Assembly (NCBI GenBank): GCA_038239945.1
Contig: JBBSEG010000001.1
Location: 9,836 to 73,835, forward strand
Direction of reading: 5' to 3'
Length of the DNA stretch: 64,000 nt
Origin: Burkholderiales bacterium
Lineage (GTDB): Bacteria > Pseudomonadota > Gammaproteobacteria > Burkholderiales > Casimicrobiaceae
Part shown: in pieces, positions 9,342-18,137 of the stretch
How the letters are laid out: each line of letters starts with the position of its first letter
Numbering within the stretch: position 1 is the stretch's first letter
The notes under the pieces: model-generated
Database searches by the model: none
Seen by the model: the letters and a program-made list of their open reading frames with translations, nothing else
What the model was told of the DNA's origin: nothing
Position numbers and translations under genes: made by a program

Positions 9342-11179
9342 CTCGACTGCGCGGCGGACTGCGCGGCGCAATCAGCGGCGTCGTCCCGGCGGCGTTGTGC
9401 GCGCTGCTCGTTGCTGCGTGGCCCGAGGGGCGCGCAGCCGACGGTCCCGCGGACGCGCCGCACGTCGTGCGCGTGGAGTTACGGGTCGCCGAGAGCGGCT
9501 TCGATCCGCAGGCGGCGTCGGACACGTTCTCGTTCCAGGTGATCGACGCCATCTTCGATCCCCCGTACACCTACGATTATTTCGCCCGGCCGGTCCGGCT
9601 CATTCCGCGCACCGCCGCGGGCCTGCCCGAGATCACCGACGACGGCCGCACGTACACAGTGCGGATTCGCCCGGGCATCTATTACGCCGACGATCCGGCG
9701 TTCAGGGGCCGCCGCCGCGAGCTCGTCGCGCAGGACTACGTCTACTCGATCCAGCGCATGCTCGATCCGAAGGTGCGCTCCTACTGGCTCTACCTGTTCG
9801 AGCGGCACCTGACGGGCCTCGAGCCGGTGCTCGCACAGGCGCGCAAAACGGGCGCACTCGACTACGCGGCGCCGATCGCGGGCCTTGCCGTCGTCGACCG
9901 CTACACGTTTCGCGTGCGCTTCGACGAGCCCGACTTCGCGTTCCAGCATTGGCTGACGACCTCGCAGTTCGGCGCGGTGGCGCGCGAGGTCGTCGAGGCC
10001 AACGGCGACGACAGCCGCCGCGTCGCCGAGCATCCGGTGGGGACCGGCGCGTATCGGCTCGGCGCGTGGACGCGGGCCCAGAAGATCGTGCTCGAGGCCA
10101 ATCCCGGCTATCGCGAGGAGCGCTACCCGGCGCCCCCGCCAGGCGATGCGCCGGCACAGGCCGCGGCCGCCGGTCTCGTGGGCCGGCGCCTGCCGCTGGC
10201 CGCAACCATCGAGATCAGCGTGCTCGAGGAGGCCCAGCCCCGCGTGCTATCGTTCGAGCGCGGCGCGCTCGACCTGCTCGAGCTCCCCGCCTCGCTCGCC
10301 GGCAACGTGCTCGACGGCGCTGTGCTCAAGCCGGTCTACGCCGCCCGCGGGGTGCGGCTGCATCGGCAGGTGGATCCGGCGATCAGCTTCAACTTCTTCA
10401 ACCTCGACGATCCCGTGGTGGGCGGGTACGCGCCGGCCAAGCTGGCGCTGCGCCGCGCGATCGGCATGGGCTACGATCGCGCCGCCGCCATTCGCACGTT
10501 GCAGAACGGCCAGGCGCTGCCCGCGTCCCAGCCGCTGCCGCCGGGCGTGCCCGGCTACGACGCGACGCTCGCCCCCGCAGCCTACGACCCCGCCGGGGCG
10601 CGCGCGCTCTTGGACCGGTTCGGGTACCGCGACCTCGACGGCGACGGCTATCGCGAGACGCCCGACGGCAAGCCACTCACCATCGTGCGCGCCTCCACCC
10701 CGGATGCCGCAGCGCGCGCCGCCGACGAGCTGTGGAAGCGCTGCATGGACGCCATCGGCATCCGGATGGTCGACTTCAAGCAGAAGTGGCCGGAGCTCAA
10801 CAAGATGTCGGAGGCCGGCCAGCTGATGATGTGGGGGCTGGCGTGGATCACGTCGATCCCCGACGCGGACACGTTCTTCAGCACGCTGTACGGCCGCAAC
10901 ATCGGCACCTCGAACGACGCGCGCTTTCGCCTGCCCGAGTACGACCGGGCGTTCGAGGAGGCGCGGCGCCTGCCGGACTCGACCGCGCGTACGGCGCTCT
11001 ACAAGCGCATGACCGCGCTGGTCGCCGCCTACTCGCCATGGCTCCTGCAAACCTACTCGTACGACAACGTGCTCGCGCAACCGTGGGTGCGCGGCTACTA
11101 CCAGCATCCCTTCCTGCGCGGACAGTTTCGCTTCTACGATGTCGATCGCACCAACGCCGCGCCGGCCGGAGCGCGCTGA
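9338..11179 (+). CDS. ABC transporter substrate-binding protein, family 5
   Basis: ATGA overlap with the aminotransferase stop; signal-like N-terminus; ELVAQDYVYSIQR, PVGTGAYRL, LRRAIGMGYDR, ARALLDRFGY motifs. Confidence 0.88.
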   Translation: MTRLRGGLRGAISGVVPAALCALLVAAWPEGRAADGPADAPHVVRVELRVAESGFDPQAASDTFSFQVIDAIFDPPYTYDYFARPVRLIPRTAAGLPEITDDGRTYTVRIRPGIYYADDPAFRGRRRELVAQDYVYSIQRMLDPKVRSYWLYLFERHLTGLEPVLAQARKTGALDYAAPIAGLAVVDRYTFRVRFDEPDFAFQHWLTTSQFGAVAREVVEANGDDSRRVAEHPVGTGAYRLGAWTRAQKIVLEANPGYREERYPAPPPGDAPAQAAAAGLVGRRLPLAATIEISVLEEAQPRVLSFERGALDLLELPASLAGNVLDGAVLKPVYAARGVRLHRQVDPAISFNFFNLDDPVVGGYAPAKLALRRAIGMGYDRAAAIRTLQNGQALPASQPLPPGVPGYDATLAPAAYDPAGARALLDRFGYRDLDGDGYRETPDGKPLTIVRASTPDAAARAADELWKRCMDAIGIRMVDFKQKWPELNKMSEAGQLMMWGLAWITSIPDADTFFSTLYGRNIGTSNDARFRLPEYDRAFEEARRLPDSTARTALYKRMTALVAAYSPWLLQTYSYDNVLAQPWVRGYYQHPFLRGQFRFYDVDRTNAAPAGAR

Positions 11180-11826
11180 TGCTCGCAGGCTGGGTGATCG
11201 TGTGCGGAATCCTGGCGGGCGCGTTCGCCCTGCGCGCCGTCAACCGCGGGCGGCGCCGGCATCCCTTCGCGGCCGCGCTGCACGGTACGCTCGCGGCGTT
11301 CTGGCTGGTCCTCGCGGTGGCGGCGGCGCTGATCGGCATCGACCTGCGCAGCTACGCGCGCCTGACCAACGAGACCCCGGCCGCCGAGGTGCGCTTTCGG
11401 CAGGAGGGCGAGCGGCGCTTCGCGGCCGAGGTGATGTATCCCGAGGGGGGCAGCGAGTCGTTCGCCCTGGCGGGGGACGAATGGCAGCTCGACGCGCGCG
11501 TGCTGAAGTGGCACGGCGCCGCCCTGGTGCTGGGACTCGACCCGTCGTTCCGCCTGGACCGCATCGGCGGACGCTATCGCGACATCGAGCAGGAGCGCAG
11601 CGCCCCGCGCACCGTGCACGAGCTCGCACGTCCGGACGGCGTCGACGTGTGGAGCATCGCACAACGCTTTCACGCGTGGCTGCCCTTCGTCGACGCCGTG
11701 TACGGCAGCGCGACGTTCCTGCCGATGGCCGACGGCGCGCACTACGCGGTGAGCGTCGCGCCCACCGGCCTCCTGGCCCGGCCGCTGAACGGACCCGCCC
11801 GCCAGGCCGTCTCCGCCTGGCATTAG
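11179..11826 (+). CDS. Conserved hypothetical membrane-anchored protein
   Basis: TGATG overlap; two N-terminal TM helices, then a soluble domain (GDEWQLDARVLKW...VDAVYGSATFLPMADGA). Confidence 0.7.
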   Translation: MLAGWVIVCGILAGAFALRAVNRGRRRHPFAAALHGTLAAFWLVLAVAAALIGIDLRSYARLTNETPAAEVRFRQEGERRFAAEVMYPEGGSESFALAGDEWQLDARVLKWHGAALVLGLDPSFRLDRIGGRYRDIEQERSAPRTVHELARPDGVDVWSIAQRFHAWLPFVDAVYGSATFLPMADGAHYAVSVAPTGLLARPLNGPARQAVSAWH

Positions 11827-11994
11827 GGCGGCTGCTTCCCGCCCGGCTCAGCGACGCTCCGCGGCACGGCTCTTGCACAGGAGGTGGCCCTTGCCCTGCG
11901 GTGACCGGCAGCGCGAGCGGCCCCCGCGTAATCCTTACCAGGCGGGCGTGTAGATAACGCGCGCCGCCCGACATCCGCGTTCTCCGGAGTCCCC

Positions 11995-13323
11995 ATGCCT
12001 CGAGCAGCGCTTAGCCCGTCGGTCCTGTGGTCGATGACCAAGGAATGCGCCACCGCGTGGATCGACGACTTTGCGCCGAGCATGGGCGCGGCCATTGCGT
12101 ACTACACGGCGTTCTCGATCGCGCCGCTCCTCGTGATCGTCATCGCGGTCGCCGGCCTGTTCCTCGGCCGCGACGCGGCGAGCGGCCAGCTCTACACCGA
12201 GCTCGGCGGACTGATCGGCGACGATGGAGCCACGGCCATCCAGGGCCTGGTCAAGAGCGCGAGCAACACCGGCGACGGCATTGTCGCGACCATCATCGGC
12301 GTGGTGCTGCTCATCGTCGGCGGAACGACGGTGTTCGCGGAGCTGCAGACCGACCTCGACCGGATCTGGAAGGCGCCCGCGGTGAAGCAGGTGGAAGGCA
12401 TCTGGGGGCTCATCCGCAGCCGCCTGCTGTCGCTCGGCCTGGTCGTGAGCATCGGCTTCCTGCTGCTGGTCTCGCTCGTGATCAGCGCGTCGCTCGCCGC
12501 CCTTGGCCTGCTGTGGGGCGGCTTCTTCGCCGATTTCGAATGGCTGCTGCAAATCATCAATTTCCTGGTGGGCCTGGCGGTCGTCACCGCCATGTTTGCG
12601 CTGATGTACAAGATCCTGCCGCGCGTGAAGATCGCCTGGCTCGACGTTTGGGTCGGCGCAGCGTTCACGGCGGTGCTGTTCGCAGTCGGCAAGCTGCTGG
12701 TGGGCCTCTATCTGGGCAAGAGCGGCGTGGTGTCCGGCTTCGGCGCGGCCGGCTCGCTCGCCGTGCTGCTGCTGTGGGTGTACTACTCCGCGCAGATCTT
12801 CCTGTTCGGCGCGGAATTCACCTGGGTGTATGCCCACCGCTTCGGCTCGCGGGTCGGCCAGGACATGCCCGCGACCGCCAAGGAGCAGGCCGCCACCGCA
12901 CCGTTCTACTCCGGCGACGCCCCGCCGCGCCCGGACGACTCGCTAAACGCGACGACGCCCCGCAGCACGCCCGACCCCGCGCTCTATGCCCGGCAGAACC
13001 GGTTGCTCGGCTGGCCGCGCAGCGCCAACGACGAAACCGCGCGAAGCGGGGGCAGCTCCGCCGGCCGAGTTGCCGCTGGCGCGACCGGCCGTGCGCCCGC
13101 GCGGGGCGTGCTGGGCCTCGCCCGGCGACACCCCGGCCTCATGACCGGGGCGGCGCTCCTGCTCGGTGCATTGACGAGCGAGCTCCTGGCCCGCCGCGGC
13201 GGGCGGGGCGGCGAAAGGCCGCGCCCGATCGACGCTCTGGCGCGCGAATTGGCGGGGCTCCGCCACCTCGTCGCAACGCGCTTGAGCCGCTCGAAGCTGG
13301 TGCGCTTCCTCGACCGCCGCTAG
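11995..13323 (+). CDS. YihY/virulence factor BrkB family protein with long C-terminal extension
   Basis: GAAIAYYTAFSIAPLL, LQTDLDRIW, YGAAGS-like FGAAGSLAVLLLWVYYSAQIFLFGAE. Confidence 0.9.
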   Translation: MPRAALSPSVLWSMTKECATAWIDDFAPSMGAAIAYYTAFSIAPLLVIVIAVAGLFLGRDAASGQLYTELGGLIGDDGATAIQGLVKSASNTGDGIVATIIGVVLLIVGGTTVFAELQTDLDRIWKAPAVKQVEGIWGLIRSRLLSLGLVVSIGFLLLVSLVISASLAALGLLWGGFFADFEWLLQIINFLVGLAVVTAMFALMYKILPRVKIAWLDVWVGAAFTAVLFAVGKLLVGLYLGKSGVVSGFGAAGSLAVLLLWVYYSAQIFLFGAEFTWVYAHRFGSRVGQDMPATAKEQAATAPFYSGDAPPRPDDSLNATTPRSTPDPALYARQNRLLGWPRSANDETARSGGSSAGRVAAGATGRAPARGVLGLARRHPGLMTGAALLLGALTSELLARRGGRGGERPRPIDALARELAGLRHLVATRLSRSKLVRFLDRR

Positions 13324-13339
13324 CAGCGCGAAGCGCCGG

Positions 13340-13813
13340 TCACCCGCCGGCGCGGTGGATGTCGTCCACCCACTGCACGGCCTCGGGGTTGGGCTCGACG
13401 TTCGGCAGGTCGAGGTTGACCACCACCGGCTCCTGGCCGCTGCGCACCAGCACGCACGTCAGCGGCGCCGCGTCGCTGGCGTTGATCTCCTGGTGCGGCA
13501 CGTACGGCGGCACGAAGATGAAATCGCCCGGGCCCGCCTCCGCCACGAACTCCAGCCGGTCGCCCCAGCGCATGCGCGCCCGGCCGCTGACGACGTAGAT
13601 CACGCTTTCGACCGCGCCATGATGATGCGTGCCGGTCCTGGCCCTGGGGTGGATCACGACGGTCCCCGCCCAGAGCTTCTCCGCGCCGGCCCGTGCCGCC
13701 GTGATCGCGGCCGCGCGATCCATGCCGGGCGTCTGCGCCGTGTTGGGATCGAGCTCCCCGGCGCGCACGACGCGCACGCCGTGATGTTTCCATTTCGAGC
13801 CCGCTGCATTCAT
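13340..13813 (-). CDS. Cupin domain protein
   Basis: HHHGAVESVIYVVSG and GDFIFVPPYVPHQE cupin motifs. Confidence 0.85.
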   Translation of the reverse strand: MNAAGSKWKHHGVRVVRAGELDPNTAQTPGMDRAAAITAARAGAEKLWAGTVVIHPRARTGTHHHGAVESVIYVVSGRARMRWGDRLEFVAEAGPGDFIFVPPYVPHQEINASDAAPLTCVLVRSGQEPVVVNLDLPNVEPNPEAVQWVDDIHRAGG

Positions 13814-14014
13814 CGCCGTTTCCTCATGCGGGGAACCGCCCGCCCTACGGTGCCCGCCGCGCGCCAGGAGGCCGGCCCGGCGGTCGCCCCGAAACGCGCG
13901 GGTGCGCCGCCGTCCGCGAGCCTACCGCACCGCGCGAACGGCGTCCCATCCCGGGCCGCTTCGATCCGCCGGGGCCGGCCTTGTATCATCGCCGGCTCTA
14001 TGGAGGGAACGCTC

Positions 14015-15202
14015 ATGGATCCAAGGCAGGTGGTGCTGCTCGGCGGCGTGCGGACGGCGATCGGCGACTACGGCGGAACGCTCAAGGACCACGCGCCCAC
14101 GATGCTGGCCGCGACCGTCGTGCGCGAAGCGCTCGCTCGCACCAAAGTGGACCCGGCCGCGATCGGGCAATGCGTCTTCGGGAGCGTGATCCACACCGAG
14201 CCCAAGGACATGTACATGGCCCGCGTCGCCGCGATCGAGGGCGGGCTGCCCGTGGGGAGCGGCGCGCTGACGCTGAACCGCCTGTGCGGCAGCGGCCTGC
14301 AGGCCGTGATCAGCGCGGCGCAGTACATCATGCTGGGCGACGTTGACGCGGCGATCGGCGGCGGTGCCGAAAGCATGAGCCGCGCGTCGTACATCGACCC
14401 CGCGCAGCGCTGGGGTGCGCGGATGGGCGACACCAAGATGGTGGACATGATGGCGGGCGCATTGTCCGACCCGTTCGAGTCGATGCACATGGGCGTGACC
14501 GCCGAGAACGTGGCGAAGCAATGCGGCATATCGCGCGAGCAACAGGACGCCTTCGCGGTCGAGAGCCATCGGCGCGCGACGGCAGCGGCCGCAGCGGGTC
14601 ATTTCAGGAGCCAGATCGTGCCGCTCGAGATCAAGTCGCGCAAAGGTACGGTGCAGTTCGACACCGACGAGCACGTGCGCGCGGACGCGACCCTCGACGG
14701 GATGGCCAAGCTGAAGGCGGTGTTCGCCAAGGAGAACGGCACCGTCACGGCCGGCAACGCGTCCGGGCTCAACGACGCCGCCGCTGCCATCGTGCTGATG
14801 GAGGAAGGCGCCGCGCGTCGCCAGGGCCTCGTGCCCATGGCGCGGCTCGTCGCGTACGGGCACGCCGGCGTGGAGCCGCGCATCATGGGGCTCGGCCCGG
14901 TCACGGCCGTGAAGAACGCGCTCGCGAAGGCACGTCTTTCGCTTGCGGACATGGACGTCATCGAATCCAACGAAGCATTCGCGGCGCAGGCGCTCGGCGT
15001 GAACCAGGAGCTCGGGCTCGACGCCGCCAAAGTCAATCCGAACGGCGGCGCCGTGGCGCTCGGACATCCCATCGGCGCCACGGGCTGCATCCTCACTGTC
15101 AAGGCCATGTACGAATTACAACGCACGGGCAAGCGTTACGCGCTCATCACCATGTGCATCGGCGGCGGCCAGGGCATCGCCGCGATCATCGAGCGCGCCT
15201 GA
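14015..15202 (+). CDS. bktB: Beta-ketothiolase (BktB type)
   Basis: LNRLCGSG Cys, HMGVTAENVA, NEAFA, GHPIGATG, TMCIGGGQG; GGAGG RBS and TATCAT -10-like element upstream. Confidence 0.88.
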   Translation: MDPRQVVLLGGVRTAIGDYGGTLKDHAPTMLAATVVREALARTKVDPAAIGQCVFGSVIHTEPKDMYMARVAAIEGGLPVGSGALTLNRLCGSGLQAVISAAQYIMLGDVDAAIGGGAESMSRASYIDPAQRWGARMGDTKMVDMMAGALSDPFESMHMGVTAENVAKQCGISREQQDAFAVESHRRATAAAAAGHFRSQIVPLEIKSRKGTVQFDTDEHVRADATLDGMAKLKAVFAKENGTVTAGNASGLNDAAAAIVLMEEGAARRQGLVPMARLVAYGHAGVEPRIMGLGPVTAVKNALAKARLSLADMDVIESNEAFAAQALGVNQELGLDAAKVNPNGGAVALGHPIGATGCILTVKAMYELQRTGKRYALITMCIGGGQGIAAIIERA

Positions 15203-15263
15203 CTGCTGCGGCACCGCGCCGCCGCGCCTCTCGTCCACCCGCCGCCGATGCGACTTTCCCCCG

Positions 15264-15887
15264 ATGCACGACCTGCCGCTCCTCGTCGTCGCGCTCACCG
15301 TGTCGCTGTACTGGATCGGCGTCGGCGCAATGATCGTGCGCGTGCGGCGCCACCTGCGCACGGACGCCGGCCTGGTCCCGGAGCAGGCCCGCGAGCGGTT
15401 GATGTGGCTGGTGTGGGTGCCGCTCGTGGCGGCGTGGATCGCGCTGCCGTGGCTCGCCCAATCCCGCACGGACGCGATCCTGGCGCTGCCCGCTTTCGCG
15501 CACGACGATGCGGTGGCGCGGGCGCTGCGCGGCGCGGCCGCGCTGGTCGCAGTCGGCTGCCTGCTCGCCACGGCGCGTTGCTGGGTGCGGATGGGCGACG
15601 ATTGGCGGATGGACGTAAGCTCGCGCAGCGCGGCGCTCATCACCGACGGGCCGTTCCGGCGCATCCGGCATCCGATCTACGCGTTCAGCATCCTGCTCAT
15701 GCTGTGCTCGGCGGTCGTGCTGCCCACGGTGCCGATGCTCGCCATCGCTGCGATACACGTGCTGCTGATGAATCTCAAGGCGCGCAACGAGGAGGCCCAC
15801 CTGTCCGCGGTGCACGGCGAGGCCTATGCGCGCTACGCGGCGCGAACCGGGCGATTCGTGCCCCGGCTCACGCCGCGTGAGCATTGA
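15264..15887 (+). CDS. Isoprenylcysteine carboxyl methyltransferase/PEMT-family membrane methyltransferase
   Basis: Multiple TM helices; LITDGPFRRIRHPIY and NEEAHL...YARY motifs. Confidence 0.85.
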   Translation: MHDLPLLVVALTVSLYWIGVGAMIVRVRRHLRTDAGLVPEQARERLMWLVWVPLVAAWIALPWLAQSRTDAILALPAFAHDDAVARALRGAAALVAVGCLLATARCWVRMGDDWRMDVSSRSAALITDGPFRRIRHPIYAFSILLMLCSAVVLPTVPMLAIAAIHVLLMNLKARNEEAHLSAVHGEAYARYAARTGRFVPRLTPREH

Positions 15888-16857
15888 TCGAGCAACGCGG
15901 CTCGGCCTCGCGCTGGCGCTCGCGGCGTGCGCCGCCACGTCCGCAACTCGCGCCGCGCCCGGCGGAAGCGATACGCCGGCCGCGCGCGCCGTCGTCCTGG
16001 ACCTGCACTGCGATGCGCTGGACACCGGGCCAGCGCGCGCCGCGCTCGCGCAGGCCCCCGCCCCGCGGCTGATCCTGCTGCAGGGCGCGCTGCCGTTCGT
16101 CCCGATGGATTCGCTCGCGCGGTTCCTGGTCGACATGGGGTATCCCGAGGCGCGCATCCGCGACCCGCGCGACGGCGCGCTCACCGCCAGCGGCTATCTC
16201 GACAGCGTCAAGCTGGCCGGGATCGTCGCCTGGCACTACGAGCACGACGGCATGCCGCCGATCCTGGTGGGACACAGTCGCGGCGGCATGGTGGTCGTGC
16301 GCACGCTGCACGAGCTGGCAGGCGCGTTCCGGTCCGCGGTGGCGGTCTGGGATCCGGTGGCGGACGCGCCGCTTGATCGCACCACCATTGTCGATCCGCA
16401 CACCGGCTCCGCGCGTCCCGTCGTCGGGCTCGCCGTGCGGTACGCGGCCGCGCTCGCGACCGGCACGCTCCCGCGCATCCTCGCCGGCGAGTGGGCGATG
16501 GCCGGGCTCCTGCACGACATCCCGGACAGCGTGCGCGATTTCACTGGCTACCAGATCGACGCCGACCTGATCGCCGACGGCATCCTGCCGCGCGCGCCCT
16601 ACGTGGGGCGGTCGCGCGCCAACGTGCGCAACGTGACGCTGCCAGCTCGCACCGGGCATCTCGACGCGGTCCGGCTCGAGCACCTCGCCGCGAACCCGGA
16701 CGCGCGTGCGTACATCGAGTCCTACCGTCCGGAGACCGACGCCGCGGGGGCGCCCCCGGCGATGCGCAACGTCCTCCAGGCGGCGGACCTGTGGCACGGC
16801 ATCCGGCGCGCGTGGTGCGAGGAAGCGCAGGAGTGGGCTGCGCCGCGCGACTCATGA
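15877..16857 (+). CDS. Exported alpha/beta-hydrolase-like protein (paralog A)
   Basis: Signal peptide (RLGLALALAACAA); nucleophile elbow GHSRGG at 16270-16287; clearly paralogous to 18134-19234. Confidence 0.75.
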   Translation: MSIDRATRLGLALALAACAATSATRAAPGGSDTPAARAVVLDLHCDALDTGPARAALAQAPAPRLILLQGALPFVPMDSLARFLVDMGYPEARIRDPRDGALTASGYLDSVKLAGIVAWHYEHDGMPPILVGHSRGGMVVVRTLHELAGAFRSAVAVWDPVADAPLDRTTIVDPHTGSARPVVGLAVRYAAALATGTLPRILAGEWAMAGLLHDIPDSVRDFTGYQIDADLIADGILPRAPYVGRSRANVRNVTLPARTGHLDAVRLEHLAANPDARAYIESYRPETDAAGAPPAMRNVLQAADLWHGIRRAWCEEAQEWAAPRDS

Positions 16858-18137
16858 GAGGCGCGCTCAACCTGTTCCAGTCGAACATGCTGCGCTGGCG
16901 CGCGATGCATCCGTACAACGCCGTGCATGCGGTCGAGGTCGACCGGCACATGCCGCGCGCGGACATCGAGTCGGCCATCGCGGCCACGCTCGAGCACTGG
17001 GGCCTCACCGGCCTCGCGCTCGACGGGCGGCGCGGCCGCTACGAGTATCGCGGCGGGCCGGCGCGCAGCGTGCTCACCGTCGTCGCGGGGGCGCGCATGC
17101 TGGACACGCTCGAGGCGGAGATCGAGCGGCAGCTCAACACGCCCTTCGAAGCCGACGGCGCGCTCGACCCGTTCCGATTCTTCCTGGCGAGCGGCGCCGA
17201 CGGCACGATGCTGGGGCTCGCCTACGATCACTTCATCGCCGCGGGCGATTCCATCGTGGAGCTGCTGCAGTCGATCGTCGCGCGTTGCGCTGGCGAAGAG
17301 GGGCACGCCGCCGCGCCGCTGCTCTACCCGCCACGCCAGGGCCGGCTGTACCGCACCCACTGGCGGCGCGCGCTGGCGGGGCTCGGCCGGGTCCCGGCGC
17401 AGGTCCGCAACGCCCGGCGGACGGCGCGGCCACGCTACGGCGACGCGATGGACGGCCATAACGGCTATCGCCTGTACCTGCTGCCCGCGGACGCATCTCA
17501 GCGCCTGCCGGCCTGCGCGAAAGCATGGTCGGTGACCGTCAACGACGTGCTGCTGGCGCTCCTGCTGCTGGCGCTCGACCCGCTGGTGCCGCAGCGGCGC
17601 GGCGCGCGCCAGCGCGTCGCCATCGGCGTCGCCTCGATCATGAACCTGCGCTCGGAGTTCGGCGCGCCGGGCCGCGCGGCGTTCGGGCAATTCCTCGGCT
17701 CCTTGCGGGTCGCGCACCCGGTGCCCGACGGCATCGGTCTCGAGCGCCTGTCGCGCGACGTGCATGCCGAGACGGAACAGGTCAAGCGGGAGAAGCTCTA
17801 TCTCCAGACGCTGATCGCGATGCGTTGGGTGAAGGCCATCTGGCCGCTGCTCGACCCGGCGCAGCGCGCCGGCTTCTATGCGAAGACCTATCCCCTCCAC
17901 GCCGGACTGTCCGCGATGAACCTCAACGCGCTGTGGCGCCGGTCCGACCCGGCCAAGCCCCTGCCGGTGTACATCCGCGGCGTGCCGACGGGTCCGCTCG
18001 CGCCGCTCGTCGTGGCGTTCACCACCGTCGGCGAGCGCTTCTACGCCGGCATCTCCTATCGCACCGCCGCGTTCGATCGCGACGACGTCGACCACCTCTG
18101 GACCGGCCTCACTCGCCGGCTGACCACGCTCCCATGA
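16854..18137 (+). CDS. Standalone condensation-domain/CAT-fold acyltransferase-like protein
   Basis: ATGA overlaps at both ends; QLNTPF, FRFFL, LGLAYDHFIAAGDS (HHxxxDG-like), TVNDVLLALL, GISYRTAAF pattern. Confidence 0.7.
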   Translation: MRGALNLFQSNMLRWRAMHPYNAVHAVEVDRHMPRADIESAIAATLEHWGLTGLALDGRRGRYEYRGGPARSVLTVVAGARMLDTLEAEIERQLNTPFEADGALDPFRFFLASGADGTMLGLAYDHFIAAGDSIVELLQSIVARCAGEEGHAAAPLLYPPRQGRLYRTHWRRALAGLGRVPAQVRNARRTARPRYGDAMDGHNGYRLYLLPADASQRLPACAKAWSVTVNDVLLALLLLALDPLVPQRRGARQRVAIGVASIMNLRSEFGAPGRAAFGQFLGSLRVAHPVPDGIGLERLSRDVHAETEQVKREKLYLQTLIAMRWVKAIWPLLDPAQRAGFYAKTYPLHAGLSAMNLNALWRRSDPAKPLPVYIRGVPTGPLAPLVVAFTTVGERFYAGISYRTAAFDRDDVDHLWTGLTRRLTTLP

